Counted from the stretch's first letter, positions 28,178-38,641 are shown. The stretch: DNA of 64,000 bases from an uncultured virus (IMG/VR IMGVR_UViG_3300038489_000010) (IMGVR_UViG_3300038489_000010); one strand, 5' to 3'. Notes: generated from the letters alone by a model not told the origin. Program-made: numbers and translations.

Positions 28178-29039
28178 TGTTAAGTTTGTTAGTTCCAATA
28201 TCTATAACAACATCCTTTATATTCTTAATAATCTTGTTTGTATCTACATTATTATTAGAATTAGATTGCATGTTGTTATAATTTCCGTTTATGTTCATTA
28301 TAGACATAACGTCTTCAAATAACATATCTGGAAATATATTAATCTCTTTACAAATAGAGATTATATTATCGTAACTTTTTGTTTTTACGCTATTAAAAAT
28401 CTTATCAGCAAGACCGTTCTTGTTTGATTCGTTTTCAACAACATCATTAACAATTTCTTGAATAGAACTAAGAGAAAGGCCGTCATAATGGATATAATAA
28501 CGTATACGACTACAACGATCCTTTAGATTATCGTCAAGATTATCAATGTTATTACACGTCATTATTGTTAACTTCTTAGGTCCAGGCTGTACGCCATCTA
28601 ATAACTTAAGAAGTTTATCTGTTCTCCAAAAATAAGTGTTTTTCTCAAGTTCGTCAAATAACAAACAAATAGGTTGTTCAATTTTAGCAAAGAATTCAAC
28701 TGCACGTTGAACAGGATACTCTTCATCAACTATAATGATTGGTAATCCTGATTTCTTTGCCAAAACTTTACTGAACAATGTCTTACCAGATCCTTTCAGA
28801 CCTTCAAGCAAGACTCCAACGGATTTATTAGAACTATTAAACGATTTAAGTATTCGTTCTTCAAGTCCTGTTCCTCCGTAAATCTTTTTAGGCAACGTTA
28901 ATTCTCCGTCTCGTAGGAGAAATGATTTATCTTCGTACTTATCGTACTTGAGATAATAGCAACGTCCAGCTTCAAGTTCGTATTCCAAACCTTGCGACTG
29001 AGGTGTAATAATGTTGCCTACTTTAACGAATTCTTTCAT
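28170..29039 (-). CDS. AAA+ ATPase
   Basis: Walker A GLKGSGKT, Walker B LLFDELEK, DRCSRIRY arginine finger. Confidence 0.85.
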   Translation of the reverse strand: MKEFVKVGNIITPQSQGLEYELEAGRCYYLKYDKYEDKSFLLRDGELTLPKKIYGGTGLEERILKSFNSSNKSVGVLLEGLKGSGKTLFSKVLAKKSGLPIIIVDEEYPVQRAVEFFAKIEQPICLLFDELEKNTYFWRTDKLLKLLDGVQPGPKKLTIMTCNNIDNLDDNLKDRCSRIRYYIHYDGLSLSSIQEIVNDVVENESNKNGLADKIFNSVKTKSYDNIISICKEINIFPDMLFEDVMSIMNINGNYNNMQSNSNNNVDTNKIIKNIKDVVIDIGTNKLNND

Positions 29040-29431
29040 GATTTATTGCATTTAATGTCTTTAATCATTTCGTCTACCTCTTTATGATTATGTACGATGT
29101 ACGTTTTACGCTCTAATCCTTCTGATTTAAATTTGTACAGAAACATTTTCCAACGTAACGGAAAATCTCGTTGCAATCTTCCTTTACATTCGCACACAAA
29201 ATCTTCTCCAATAAAATCTGGAGTATATTTTATATTACGGTATTTCTTCCCAAGGTAGTCAAAAGATGGTTGGAGTTCAAAGTGCTCTGGCTCATACTTT
29301 ATGGGTATATGAGCTTGTTTAAAAGCGTTATATGTATAACCCTCTAAAGGACTTTTAAACTCTATTCCATCAATTATAGGGTGCTTCAAATGAGTACCCT
29401 TAGGAAGCTCCTTCTTAATCTTTGCCGACAT
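29036..29431 (-). CDS. PD-(D/E)xK endonuclease (T7 endonuclease I/DUF1064-like)
   Basis: DGIEFKSPLE, YEPEHF, YTPDF..ECKG. Confidence 0.8.
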   Translation of the reverse strand: MSAKIKKELPKGTHLKHPIIDGIEFKSPLEGYTYNAFKQAHIPIKYEPEHFELQPSFDYLGKKYRNIKYTPDFIGEDFVCECKGRLQRDFPLRWKMFLYKFKSEGLERKTYIVHNHKEVDEMIKDIKCNKS

Positions 29432-30419
29432 TTTGTATCAAAGTATCTTCATATCGTTTTAATGTTTTAGTTAACCACTTTTTCACAACCTCAAATCCAT
29501 TGTCTCTAATGGCATCTGATATATCTTTGGCTGCAAAACATTTATGGACAAAGAAAGCATCTAAATTATGCTTTTTACTTAATTCACGAGCCATATGTAC
29601 TCCTGTTTTGTCTCGATCATATAATATAAGTATATGTGTCCATTTCTCTCTAAGACGACTAAGAATATCCTCTGGTATAAATGTCGTTTCACTCGAAGCT
29701 GCTATAGCATTAAATCCCATCTCATGAAGTACCATTACATCTTTCAGAGACTTTGTAATAATAAGAATATTTCCACCTTCCTGTGGTAATTCGGCTAATC
29801 CCTGGACGTTCCGATTTGTCAGATTAGTACGCCATTTAGTAAACTTGGAAGCTAAAGGACGATAAATCTTAAACTTATCGTCAACTTTATATGCATACAT
29901 AGGATTAGAATCTTTGTAGGTTCCTCTGACGACTCTATTACAAAGAAAATATTTAATGCTAAAAACCTTATACAATCTTAATGTTGATATACTTATATGA
30001 AATTGCTTCCAATACTTTTTATCGACTTCTGTAAAAGGCTGCCTCACTATCCCAATATCTACTTGCCCCGAATCCACCGAGGAGCCATACGTATTTCTAC
30101 GCTGGATCTGATTAGGATTCATTTTACGGACGATGCGAAGTAGTTCTTGTTCAAGTTTAGGTCTATCAACTATATGATTATATAGTTTAATAAATGTTAG
30201 AGCGTTACCTGATGTTCCAACTCCAAAGTCTTTAAAAAACAATCGCCCATCCTTCTGAAATATACAGAAAGACGGGTTCTTATCATCAGACCTTAAAGGA
30301 CTGTTCATCAGTTTTCCTATCTTGAAATCTCCAAGATAGTAAGAGAATATTGTATAGTCATCTAACTTATTCAACAAGTCTCTAAGACTCATTGTTATCG
30401 CAGTTCTTGTGCTATACAT
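29415..30419 (-). CDS. DNA primase (TOPRIM)
   Basis: SPLRSDDKNPSF N-terminal motif, ITKSLKDVM, YDRD, KDISD. Confidence 0.85.
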   Translation of the reverse strand: MYSTRTAITMSLRDLLNKLDDYTIFSYYLGDFKIGKLMNSPLRSDDKNPSFCIFQKDGRLFFKDFGVGTSGNALTFIKLYNHIVDRPKLEQELLRIVRKMNPNQIQRRNTYGSSVDSGQVDIGIVRQPFTEVDKKYWKQFHISISTLRLYKVFSIKYFLCNRVVRGTYKDSNPMYAYKVDDKFKIYRPLASKFTKWRTNLTNRNVQGLAELPQEGGNILIITKSLKDVMVLHEMGFNAIAASSETTFIPEDILSRLREKWTHILILYDRDKTGVHMARELSKKHNLDAFFVHKCFAAKDISDAIRDNGFEVVKKWLTKTLKRYEDTLIQNVGKD

Positions 30420-30436
30420 AATCTTAAGATTAATTG

Positions 30437-30517
30437 TACCGTATGCAGGACTCGAACCTACTCCACATTATAAGTGTGGTGCTCCTTGACGCAATAAGCG
30501 TGATTTAGCAATACGAT
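30437..30517 (-). tRNA. Atypical tRNA-Ile(UAU)-like RNA with expanded D-loop
   Basis: Acceptor ATCGTAT/ATACGGT, anticodon arm CCACA-CTTATAA-TGTGG, T arm GTAGG-TTCGAGT-CCTGC. Confidence 0.6.
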
Positions 30518-30635
30518 TTATTGGTTCGTTTAACCGGCACGAACCATTGAGCCTCGATAGACTGGATTATCCAGTTCCACCACTGACCATTTATTCTTAT
30601 CCTTCTCTTACAGGTATTCCCAATGATCTCTGGAA

Positions 30636-31235
30636 TTAGAATGGCAGGTCGTCAGCACCTGTTTTCGCAGTTTCCTGAGTACTATTTTCAGTAAGAGGGT
30701 CTGCAGTCTTCTCGTTATCAGCAACGATTGTACGCTCGAAGTTATCACGAGCAAACTGCTTAATCTGCGAATCTTTCTTTTCAACAGTCATCGGTTCAAC
30801 AAAGATGCCGTTATTTGAGACTTTAGTATAATTATTCTTATCAAAGATAACCTTAAGGCGAAGAGGTTTCTTAATAGCTATCATTGGGTCTAACTTTGCC
30901 TTAACCCAATCAATCATAGCTTTAAACGTTGGAAGTTCTACATCTTCGCGCTCTGTATAAAAACAATCAAGAATCTGAAGTATACGACCAAACTGTCGAT
31001 TATCTGCCTTTTGAAGATCGTCGTCAGTCTTAATGAACTGGCCTTTGTTATTTTTCCACTCTGTCGTAGAAGCAACCTGTCCTTCAGCATTCTCAAATAC
31101 TATTTCTAAGAAATCCAATCCTGTTGGAGACTTCTTAACATTTACTTCTTTAAGGTAAACGTTCTCATTTATACCAGCTGGCATATAAGTGCCACCTTCG
31201 TTGTTACTAATAACTGCAGTCTTAGTATTAAACAT
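30636..31235 (-). CDS. Putative single-stranded DNA-binding protein
   Basis: Acidic C-terminal DDLPF tail; lies next to the Sak4-like ATPase and primase. Confidence 0.65.
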   Translation of the reverse strand: MFNTKTAVISNNEGGTYMPAGINENVYLKEVNVKKSPTGLDFLEIVFENAEGQVASTTEWKNNKGQFIKTDDDLQKADNRQFGRILQILDCFYTEREDVELPTFKAMIDWVKAKLDPMIAIKKPLRLKVIFDKNNYTKVSNNGIFVEPMTVEKKDSQIKQFARDNFERTIVADNEKTADPLTENSTQETAKTGADDLPF

Positions 31236-31246
31236 AATCTCTACTT

Positions 31247-32288
31247 TTATTCGTTCTTATAAATCTTATTCCAATACGTGGTTATCGTACCGTCTTCATT
31301 ACCGGTTGCAATAATAATATCTTGACCACGCAGATGAGGTGCTCTTGCCTCTTTTATCGTTCCATCACCACCTTTGAAGCTAATATGTGTCTCGTTACCT
31401 TTGCGATAAACGTATCCAACAGCATCAGCTTCTCCGCAGATAATAGAAGATAGTTTTCCAACTAAATCAAGAGCCATTTCACTGAGTTCTTCTCCATTCT
31501 GTTCTATCTGTACATCCTTAACGTGACCAACGAGTATAAACTCATCACACAAGTCTTTGAACATATCGATAATTTTACGAACAGCTTGGCGAATATACAT
31601 ATATCCACTTCCATTTGGAAGCAAACGAACATCTGTACCCTTCCAGTTTTTGCCCATAGGCGTTTTGCGATACAAAATCGCTGCGTATGGGAGACAGATT
31701 TCTTCCAAACGAGTAGCATTATCAATAGTGATATGCTTGTAGAAATTATGCCCTACTTCAGTGTTCTTAGCTCTAATGGCTTGAGCAATCTCTCCTAATT
31801 CATTAACACTACGTGCTTGTACAGCCATAGCATCAATAAATGTTGATCCTCCTTCTAGATCTACTATTAGATTATTATCTAATTGTGCTAATGCACTAGT
31901 CTTCAGTTTGTTATCGTTAGGCTTTTTATCCTAACTTCTGCATCTTCTCCATTGATGCAGCTCCGCGTACATATTCATCTTTCTATAATAGTTAAGATGT
32001 CGGACACTCTTGGAGGTATTATATTTATTCAACCTCTACGCTGTACAGTGATTCAGAACCTTTCGCAATTTCTGAATTTACCACGGTGTTGGTATTTACT
32101 CTTTCACCGTTTTTGCCCGATTGTAATCTACATCATTTCTGATATAGACGGCAATATTCTAGGTATCTTTTGGTTGCCCAAAAATATAAAATTCTACCTT
32201 AATTACCTGCTTTAGGACGACCATATAGAATCATAAAATGAGGATTAGTTGAGGTTGCTGGAACCTTACTTGTAGGTAATGTTACCAT
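31247..32288 (-). CDS. Sak4-like/AAA_24 ATPase, spliced (exon 1 32205-32288, exon 2 31247-31903; 246 aa)
   Basis: Joining the exons restores Walker A YGRPKAG|KTS, followed by DLEGG, ITIDNATRLE and LVGH. Confidence 0.85.
31904..32204 (-). mobile_element. ORF-less group I intron (301 nt)
   Basis: The exon ends in U (GGU) and the intron ends in G (CAAACUG); P3 UCGGGCA/UGUCCGA; 3' hairpins; removal restores the reading frame. Confidence 0.85.
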
Positions 32289-32321
32289 GCTTTATAAGTC
32301 TTTTAATGGTTTATATATAGA

Positions 32322-32813
32322 TTAGGCAGCAAGCTTAATTGCAAAATCAATGATGATCTTCTGCTTCTTAGGAGTAATATAATTCATAAGAGCAGCAGAG
32401 TCTTCAAGACTGAGAAGATGATCATTAATCATAATCTCATCACCATAGATATACAGCTTAGTGCCATCTGGAAGCTCAATCTTAATATAGTCATCACTAT
32501 AGCTATCGTCAGCCTCGTAATACTTACTAAGATAATTAATCGCGTCAATCAAAGTGTTAATCTTTGACTCCTTCTTCGCGGTCTTCTTACCAGTTAAGAA
32601 TGCAATAAACTTATTGGTCTTCTTCGGAGTGATAATCTCGGCGATGCCAGGATTCTTGTCAGCTATAGAAGAAAGTATAAGGTCATCAAGGTCCTTAGAA
32701 TAATCGTGAGTGTTTGTGTCATCGATAGTACCAAAAGTTGTTGCAAAAATATCGTTAAAGAAAGTGTTCTCGTTAATATTATTCTTCTTAATGGTATATG
32801 TATTGTGTGTCAT
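32322..32813 (-). CDS. Hypothetical protein (ends IKLAA)
   Basis: 163-aa ORF in the operon. Confidence 0.75.
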   Translation of the reverse strand: MTHNTYTIKKNNINENTFFNDIFATTFGTIDDTNTHDYSKDLDDLILSSIADKNPGIAEIITPKKTNKFIAFLTGKKTAKKESKINTLIDAINYLSKYYEADDSYSDDYIKIELPDGTKLYIYGDEIMINDHLLSLEDSAALMNYITPKKQKIIIDFAIKLAA

Positions 32814-32849
32814 AAAAATCAGCCTTAAATTGTTTAACGTTGTCCAACG

Positions 32850-33782
32850 TCAAATTTCGATCAAATTGTTGTATCGTAGGTCATTCTCAAATTCGATTAT
32901 ACAAGGTTCTCCTGCATCTCGATTCTTTAAAATATGCATGAAAACCTTATGAGAAGTAGGTAGTTTATTTGGACCATACTCTTGAATTCCCAACAACTCT
33001 GGTCGATGTAATGCCAGAACATAATCTGAGCCCTGGAATATGGCGTCAGACGATGATAAATCGCTTCTCATTGGATAATGTGCCAATGGGTTATTAATCC
33101 TTTCTGGCTGTTCTATATTTCTATTCATCTGAGTTAATACAATAACACTTGTTAGTGGTAATTTCTTAACTTGTATAAAGACTTGAAGTAGGTTGCTTAT
33201 TGTCTCTATTACAGTACCTTCACGTTTGGTCAATAATGCATGATCATACATGATGATAAAATGTTTATTAGTACCTTTTACGTACTTATTATAGAATGCC
33301 ATAATTGTTTCCTCAACTTGCTTGGAAGTACCAGGATTGTCTACAAAGTAGATTGGATACTTCTTTAGCTGATTAGCTACTGTGACGACCTTATCGAAGG
33401 TTTTGTCGTCCAGGTTCTTTTCAGAACTATACAATTCAGAAGTCGTTTTCTTGAGCTTATTTGAAAGCGTCCTTCCAACTTGCCTAAAGCCAACCATCTC
33501 TAATGAGAAGTTAAGAATAATAATGTTTTCACTCGGATTAAGGTCTATGATGTCAGTTGCTATCTCATTACCAAAGCTTGATTTTCCTGCTCCAGAAATA
33601 CCAGCTATAGTATAGACAGTATTCGGTTCAATTCCTCCCATACACTGCTTATTAAACTTAGACCATCGTGTTTTAAGACTGACTATTGAGTGATCTCTTC
33701 GTCCAGCAATATAAGTTATAGCTTCTTGCGAAACTTCGCTCATACTGCGTATCTTTAACGTATTATACGATGTTTGTTCCAT
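32850..33782 (-). CDS. dnaB: DnaB-like replicative helicase
   Basis: GISGAGKS, FSLEM, YDHALL, LTQMNR, SDLSSSDAIFQ, KNRD; likely start MEQTS at 33782. Confidence 0.85.
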   Translation of the reverse strand: MEQTSYNTLKIRSMSEVSQEAITYIAGRRDHSIVSLKTRWSKFNKQCMGGIEPNTVYTIAGISGAGKSSFGNEIATDIIDLNPSENIIILNFSLEMVGFRQVGRTLSNKLKKTTSELYSSEKNLDDKTFDKVVTVANQLKKYPIYFVDNPGTSKQVEETIMAFYNKYVKGTNKHFIIMYDHALLTKREGTVIETISNLLQVFIQVKKLPLTSVIVLTQMNRNIEQPERINNPLAHYPMRSDLSSSDAIFQGSDYVLALHRPELLGIQEYGPNKLPTSHKVFMHILKNRDAGEPCIIEFENDLRYNNLIEI

Positions 33783-34329
33783 AAGTGTTATTAGCAGTTT
33801 CTGTTTGATCTTGCATTTCTTCCTCAGATTCTTCCCACTGATGGTCAACTAACCATCTCCACATAGTCTTCATATACGATATTTTGCCTGACTTCATTTT
33901 TTTATCAACTTCGAATCTAAGACAATCATTGATATGTTCGGCCATAGCTTTGCTTTTACCAACGTATGTATTATAAAGATGTCTGCATTTATTTACATTA
34001 GCCCTAAGATAGGATTTTACCCCATCTGGTCTAAGTACATAAACTGGGTACATATCATAGAAAAGATCAAAATAATCTTTAGGTGGCTCCATAAACTTAA
34101 GCAGTTTAGGAGTTGGTTGATATGTAATTGAATTTCCTCTCGCTATCGAGGTAATAAGTCCCTGAGAAACTAAGTATGATATTTCATTGTCCGTGATTAG
34201 GCTGACAATCTTTTGGACATCTTGATTTGGTTTGTGATTCTTGTCTAATACCATACTTAGGAATACCAACTGATTCATATTTAACGCCGGCTCTATATCA
34301 GCCAGCTTAGTATCTAATTCAATAATCAT
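33763..34329 (-). CDS. Putative replication initiator/helicase loader
   Basis: 188 aa; FDLFYDMYP motif; lies between PolB and DnaB. Confidence 0.55.
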   Translation of the reverse strand: MIIELDTKLADIEPALNMNQLVFLSMVLDKNHKPNQDVQKIVSLITDNEISYLVSQGLITSIARGNSITYQPTPKLLKFMEPPKDYFDLFYDMYPVYVLRPDGVKSYLRANVNKCRHLYNTYVGKSKAMAEHINDCLRFEVDKKMKSGKISYMKTMWRWLVDHQWEESEEEMQDQTETANNTYGTNIV

Positions 34330-34360
34330 CTCTTATACTCGAAGGTTAACGATTTGGTTA

Positions 34361-36268
34361 TCAAAAGAGTTCTAATTGTCTACATACTAAATTTTCTATT
34401 ATTTTTCTCGCTTGACTAGAATAGTAGCGATAGTTAATCTTTCTGCTTTCAATTGGTTCTTTGTCGAATTTATTCAAGATTTTAACGCCTGTTGTTGCCA
34501 ACAGATTAGAAACTTGTCCAGTTTCTTTGTTTTTCTTGTAAAGGTATCGACCACCTTCTGATGCGTAATATCGATTCATTCGCACTACAGGTTCATCACC
34601 ATATAATACTTTGAATTTTCTATCAACGCGTTGTGTCATTAAAAAATCTCTAATATCTCTATCAGATTTAATAAACTCAGACACGTCTTGTTTTGTTAAA
34701 AAGTAGTTTATCACAGCTTTCGGAATGACCAATGGCGCAAGACCCTTTCCGAGTTTTGCTTCTGTGATAAACATACCTTTCTTTTCTATCAGTTTTGGAT
34801 CCTTGGATTGAGAATATCCTTCTTTGACACCGAAATAGTCATTGACAGCGTACTGATAAAACGCTTCATAGTTATCAGTTTCGAAACCTAGTTTTGTAAG
34901 CTGCTCGACTTCATGAATAGCTTCCTGAATTCTACTCTCGTCGACTCTCTTTGCAACATACATAACGCCATCTGTATTGACTTGTACAATCCTACAATTC
35001 AATGCGAGTAATCGATCCACGAGCATTAGAAGTACTAATTGCCCATTTATACGTATCTTAAAGACCGTAAACGGATCGTACATCCAACTAGCTTCTTGCT
35101 GCATTTTCCCTGTTACAGAGTTTAACACAAGTTTTAGAGCTGTAGACTTGGTTTTTGCTCCACTATGTTTGGCCTCTATGCGCTCATAATAAACATGAGT
35201 GTAGATGGTCCAAAATTCTTTACCTAACTGGCGAGGTACCCATCCATATTGTACTATGAATGAGGGATACATTGACGTAACATCAGCGTGACCAATGTAT
35301 TCATCTTCCTTAGGAACGAAGATTTCTGGGGTATTAATAGAATGAATTCCACCAACACCAACAGAATAGCGTGTTTTCGAGATATAAAAACGCTTCTCGT
35401 ACGCTTTTTGACCTTTTGGAATAAGCTCTTTTTTCGTTGGGACCACCTGTTGTCTCATCTCTTCCAAAACGTCTTGTAATATCGGATTTTTATATTTTAT
35501 GAACGGAAGAATTACATCTTTCAATTGAACGTAATCCATTGGAGAACGTAGCGTTTTGACATATTGCTTATCCAATCCTGTTTTCTTGCAGTATTGATCA
35601 AGCAACATCTCTTCTCCGAACTTCACACTATCCATTGATAGCGCATTAATTCCGTATTCGTTTTCCATGAATAATCGTACATCAATCTCTCCTTTATCTT
35701 TTAATCGATAGAGAAGTTCTTCTGTACTATTAACATCATTCATGTTATATTCTATCATATGATCAATTTCTGAATCAGGTATCGGTGAATCAAAATCACC
35801 GTCATACTCTTGAACATTAGGATAAAACATTGTTATCTGCATTTCCTTTAAGCCTACTCTAAGCTTACTTGAAAACATCATTCTCAACAAGTCCATAGAC
35901 TCAAAGTAATTCAGATATTGATAATGTATGAATCTATCTTTGTCTTCTTTTGTTTTAGCTGATACTATAATATCAGACATGTGTTTAACAGAACTGCATA
36001 TAGCATTATAAGGGCTTGTAGCGAAAACTCTATAATATTCTATAAGATAGTTCATTATTAAATCATCATATCCTTTATTATTATAACCACAAAATAGCTT
36101 TTTGCCACTATCTATAAAAAGATTAAACAATTGATCATATTGGTTCTTACGACTCGAAATCTCAAATGTTTTTATCTCTTTAGTTTCAGTGTTTTTACAA
36201 GTACAACTAAAACAATTAGGAAAACTTTCTATATCATAGATCCATACGGTTTTGTTGTGAATTAACAT
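34361..36268 (-). CDS. Family B DNA polymerase
   Basis: Exo YDIES and GYNNKGYD; Pol ADVTSMYPS, KLVLNSVTGK and NTDG. Confidence 0.92.
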   Translation of the reverse strand: MLIHNKTVWIYDIESFPNCFSCTCKNTETKEIKTFEISSRKNQYDQLFNLFIDSGKKLFCGYNNKGYDDLIMNYLIEYYRVFATSPYNAICSSVKHMSDIIVSAKTKEDKDRFIHYQYLNYFESMDLLRMMFSSKLRVGLKEMQITMFYPNVQEYDGDFDSPIPDSEIDHMIEYNMNDVNSTEELLYRLKDKGEIDVRLFMENEYGINALSMDSVKFGEEMLLDQYCKKTGLDKQYVKTLRSPMDYVQLKDVILPFIKYKNPILQDVLEEMRQQVVPTKKELIPKGQKAYEKRFYISKTRYSVGVGGIHSINTPEIFVPKEDEYIGHADVTSMYPSFIVQYGWVPRQLGKEFWTIYTHVYYERIEAKHSGAKTKSTALKLVLNSVTGKMQQEASWMYDPFTVFKIRINGQLVLLMLVDRLLALNCRIVQVNTDGVMYVAKRVDESRIQEAIHEVEQLTKLGFETDNYEAFYQYAVNDYFGVKEGYSQSKDPKLIEKKGMFITEAKLGKGLAPLVIPKAVINYFLTKQDVSEFIKSDRDIRDFLMTQRVDRKFKVLYGDEPVVRMNRYYASEGGRYLYKKNKETGQVSNLLATTGVKILNKFDKEPIESRKINYRYYSSQARKIIENLVCRQLELF

Positions 36269-36295
36269 GGTTCTATGACTCTTTGGTTAAATTCG

Positions 36296-36433
36296 TGGAA
36301 GATAGGGGAGTCGAACCCCTGGTCTGCGAACATCTATTATAGTTTAGGCTGTCTACTCTTATTCGACATTTTATGTCCTGCACGCCATGCTATAAAATCG
36401 TGTCGCATGTAGCTACCGTTGCTCCATTCTTCC
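36296..36433 (-). ncRNA. tRNA-like RNA with a ~75-nt insert replacing the anticodon loop
   Basis: GGAAGA/TCTTCC acceptor, D arm AGC-AACGGTA-GCT, TGCGA/TCGCA stem enclosing the insert, T arm AGGGG-TTCGACT-CCCCT. Confidence 0.65.
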
Positions 36434-36570
36434 AAATCCCGTTTACTCAGTGAAACGGGTAAAGTCTCCAGCTTACGATCTGGTGCATCGATTTGTTTCG
36501 ATCCGTGTACTGCAGTAGTCATCTAACAGGGATCATGCCTTTACGTTCTACGCGTCCGTAGCAATTATCT

Positions 36571-37764
36571 TTATGCAGCAGAACTATATGTTTGTGTCAT
36601 ATTAAGAACTGTTCCTCCTCCCAATGTAAGTTGAAGGCAGTTTTTGTGACTTGGTAGAAGTACTCTACCTATAGTCTTTTCTGCATTCTGAATATAGCCA
36701 TTAGACATATTTGGATGATGCTCATAATAAGCATCAAATATATCATAGGCTTTCTTCAGTATAGGGTTCATCTCGTTACCATAATAATCGTCATTAATAT
36801 GGTCAGCAAGATGTGTATAGTCTCGGACATGTCCGATAACTCGTTCCTCCAACTTGTTATCTCCGGTTTCAAACCGTCCTATAACAGGAAGGTTAGTCTT
36901 GTCATACTTCGCACGTATTTTGTTACGTATGAACTCACGAGCATTATGCTCACGAGTATTCCACTCAGTATCCATTAACTTAGGGAATAAGTCTTGCTTC
37001 TTCTGAGCGTCTGTAGGTTTAGGATGTTTCCTTACCCACTTTTCCATTTTATGATTCTCTAGTCGAATCATATACTGTTCAGCATCCATATGATTGACAT
37101 GCTGTATCTTAAGAGCGATTTGTCCCTGCTCACTTGGTATACGATACTTCTTCTTAGACAGAAGAACTACCCAAGTTCCAAATCCGCGTATAGCATTAAA
37201 CTCTCCGCTTTTTTCTAACTCTGGTAATCTTGGATCCGATTCCCACGATAGTATTTTTTCGTGATCGTATACTTTACCTTTTGTAAGCAATTTTGGCTGA
37301 GTGTTACGCGGATTGTCTATCCACTTTGGCTTTTTTGCAGACTTATAAGACTTAAGCCATTTTTCGTACCCCATTATTTCAGGAACGCCAATTCTTGCTC
37401 TTATAAGGACTTCTTTGATACAATCAAGGTTTCTGTTGCGGCTCTTGAATGGAAGCTCGAATGGTACCATATAGTCTAAAGCGTTTCCGCGATAATGAAA
37501 CTTGTCTATACCTTTAGGTCGTGTATAGAACATGCTTTCTACGCTACGATAAGGTAGTAGCCTAACGAACGTTTTACCTCGTTCAGTTGCTAAAAAGTTC
37601 AATAACTTCGCCTTAAACTTATCGGCCTGAATGTTGCGATTGCAAGCATACTGATACATTTTGTCTTTAGCTACCTGCTCTTTATGAGTAAGTTTAGCCA
37701 TGCCAAAAACCTTGTTAATACCATTCTTAATCTTTATATCGATGTTTGTTATATTCTTTTTCAT
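36571..37764 (-). CDS. Hypothetical protein (ends SSAA)
   Basis: 397-aa ORF. Confidence 0.8.
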   Translation of the reverse strand: MKKNITNIDIKIKNGINKVFGMAKLTHKEQVAKDKMYQYACNRNIQADKFKAKLLNFLATERGKTFVRLLPYRSVESMFYTRPKGIDKFHYRGNALDYMVPFELPFKSRNRNLDCIKEVLIRARIGVPEIMGYEKWLKSYKSAKKPKWIDNPRNTQPKLLTKGKVYDHEKILSWESDPRLPELEKSGEFNAIRGFGTWVVLLSKKKYRIPSEQGQIALKIQHVNHMDAEQYMIRLENHKMEKWVRKHPKPTDAQKKQDLFPKLMDTEWNTREHNAREFIRNKIRAKYDKTNLPVIGRFETGDNKLEERVIGHVRDYTHLADHINDDYYGNEMNPILKKAYDIFDAYYEHHPNMSNGYIQNAEKTIGRVLLPSHKNCLQLTLGGGTVLNMTQTYSSAA

Positions 37765-37944
37765 TTTGATAATGAATTATAGGGTTATACATTAGTTTTA
37801 AGGCCATTTTCAGGCCGTTCACGGCATTTTCTTCTGGGTTGTGGTAGATTAATCCAGAAACAAATTTAAAGCCGTTAGAAGTGAGCTTTCTCAGCATCGA
37901 TCTGAGTCCCCTAAGGGTAGCCCTAGCGCTAAGCTCTACTGCAT

Positions 37945-38493
37945 TTATGCAGCCAGAATATCGTTAATACTGTCATCAGTAATCTCGATCTCTGTTGTAT
38001 TGTTATAATTCTCAATCTTTGTAAGAAGAGTATTAACGTCTGTTGTAAGATGATTAATCATTGTTGTAAGCTTCTCATATGAGAAAACCTCATCAAATCC
38101 AAGACGCTTCTTGCCCTTCTGAGCCTTAATCTGCGGCTTCAAAGCCTTCTCTCGAAGCTCATTGAGCTTTGTAATCTGCTCACGTGTCTCCTGAAGGCGG
38201 AAAATCGTGTAATAATGACTCTTCTTAAACTCCTCGGTATTGAAAGTCAAAATACCGTTATTAATATTATTGAGGATACCCTTAACGATAATTCGCTTCT
38301 CAATATTCTGAAGAATCTGATTGTGAATAGTTGCTAGATTGTGTAATCGGCAGGTCTTAACTGCACTCTTACGAAGCGTATTCTCTGACTTCATAATAGA
38401 CCATTTACGCTTCAGCTCGTTATCAAGTTTCTTACGAGCATTAATAATATTATTTGCGTTCAACTTCTTTGATTTTGTATTCATATTGTACAT
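37945..38493 (-). CDS. Hypothetical protein (ends DILAA)
   Basis: 182-aa ORF. Confidence 0.8.
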   Translation of the reverse strand: MYNMNTKSKKLNANNIINARKKLDNELKRKWSIMKSENTLRKSAVKTCRLHNLATIHNQILQNIEKRIIVKGILNNINNGILTFNTEEFKKSHYYTIFRLQETREQITKLNELREKALKPQIKAQKGKKRLGFDEVFSYEKLTTMINHLTTDVNTLLTKIENYNNTTEIEITDDSINDILAA

Positions 38494-38544
38494 TTTGATT
38501 TAGGTGAAACATAAAGAAATCGAACTTGAGAATAAACTACCTAG

Positions 38545-38641
38545 TGGTAGGGGAGGGAGTCAAACCCTCCTCGTACGATCAGTCAAAACAGAAATGTTCC
38601 CTAATTTGTTAAACATCTGTTAGTACGCTCAACGTCCTACC
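38545..38641 (-). ncRNA. D-armless tRNA-like RNA with a long hairpin in place of the anticodon loop
   Basis: GGTAGG/CCTACC acceptor, CGTAC/GTACG stem, T arm GAGGG-TTTGACT-CCCTC. Confidence 0.55.

Noticed and set aside
31952..32215. 87-aa + strand ORF as an intron-encoded protein
   Set aside because: It is antisense to the intron and has no nuclease motifs
36337..36522. 61-aa ORF overlapping the tRNA-like element
   Set aside because: The region is better explained by the RNA structure, although translation is not excluded
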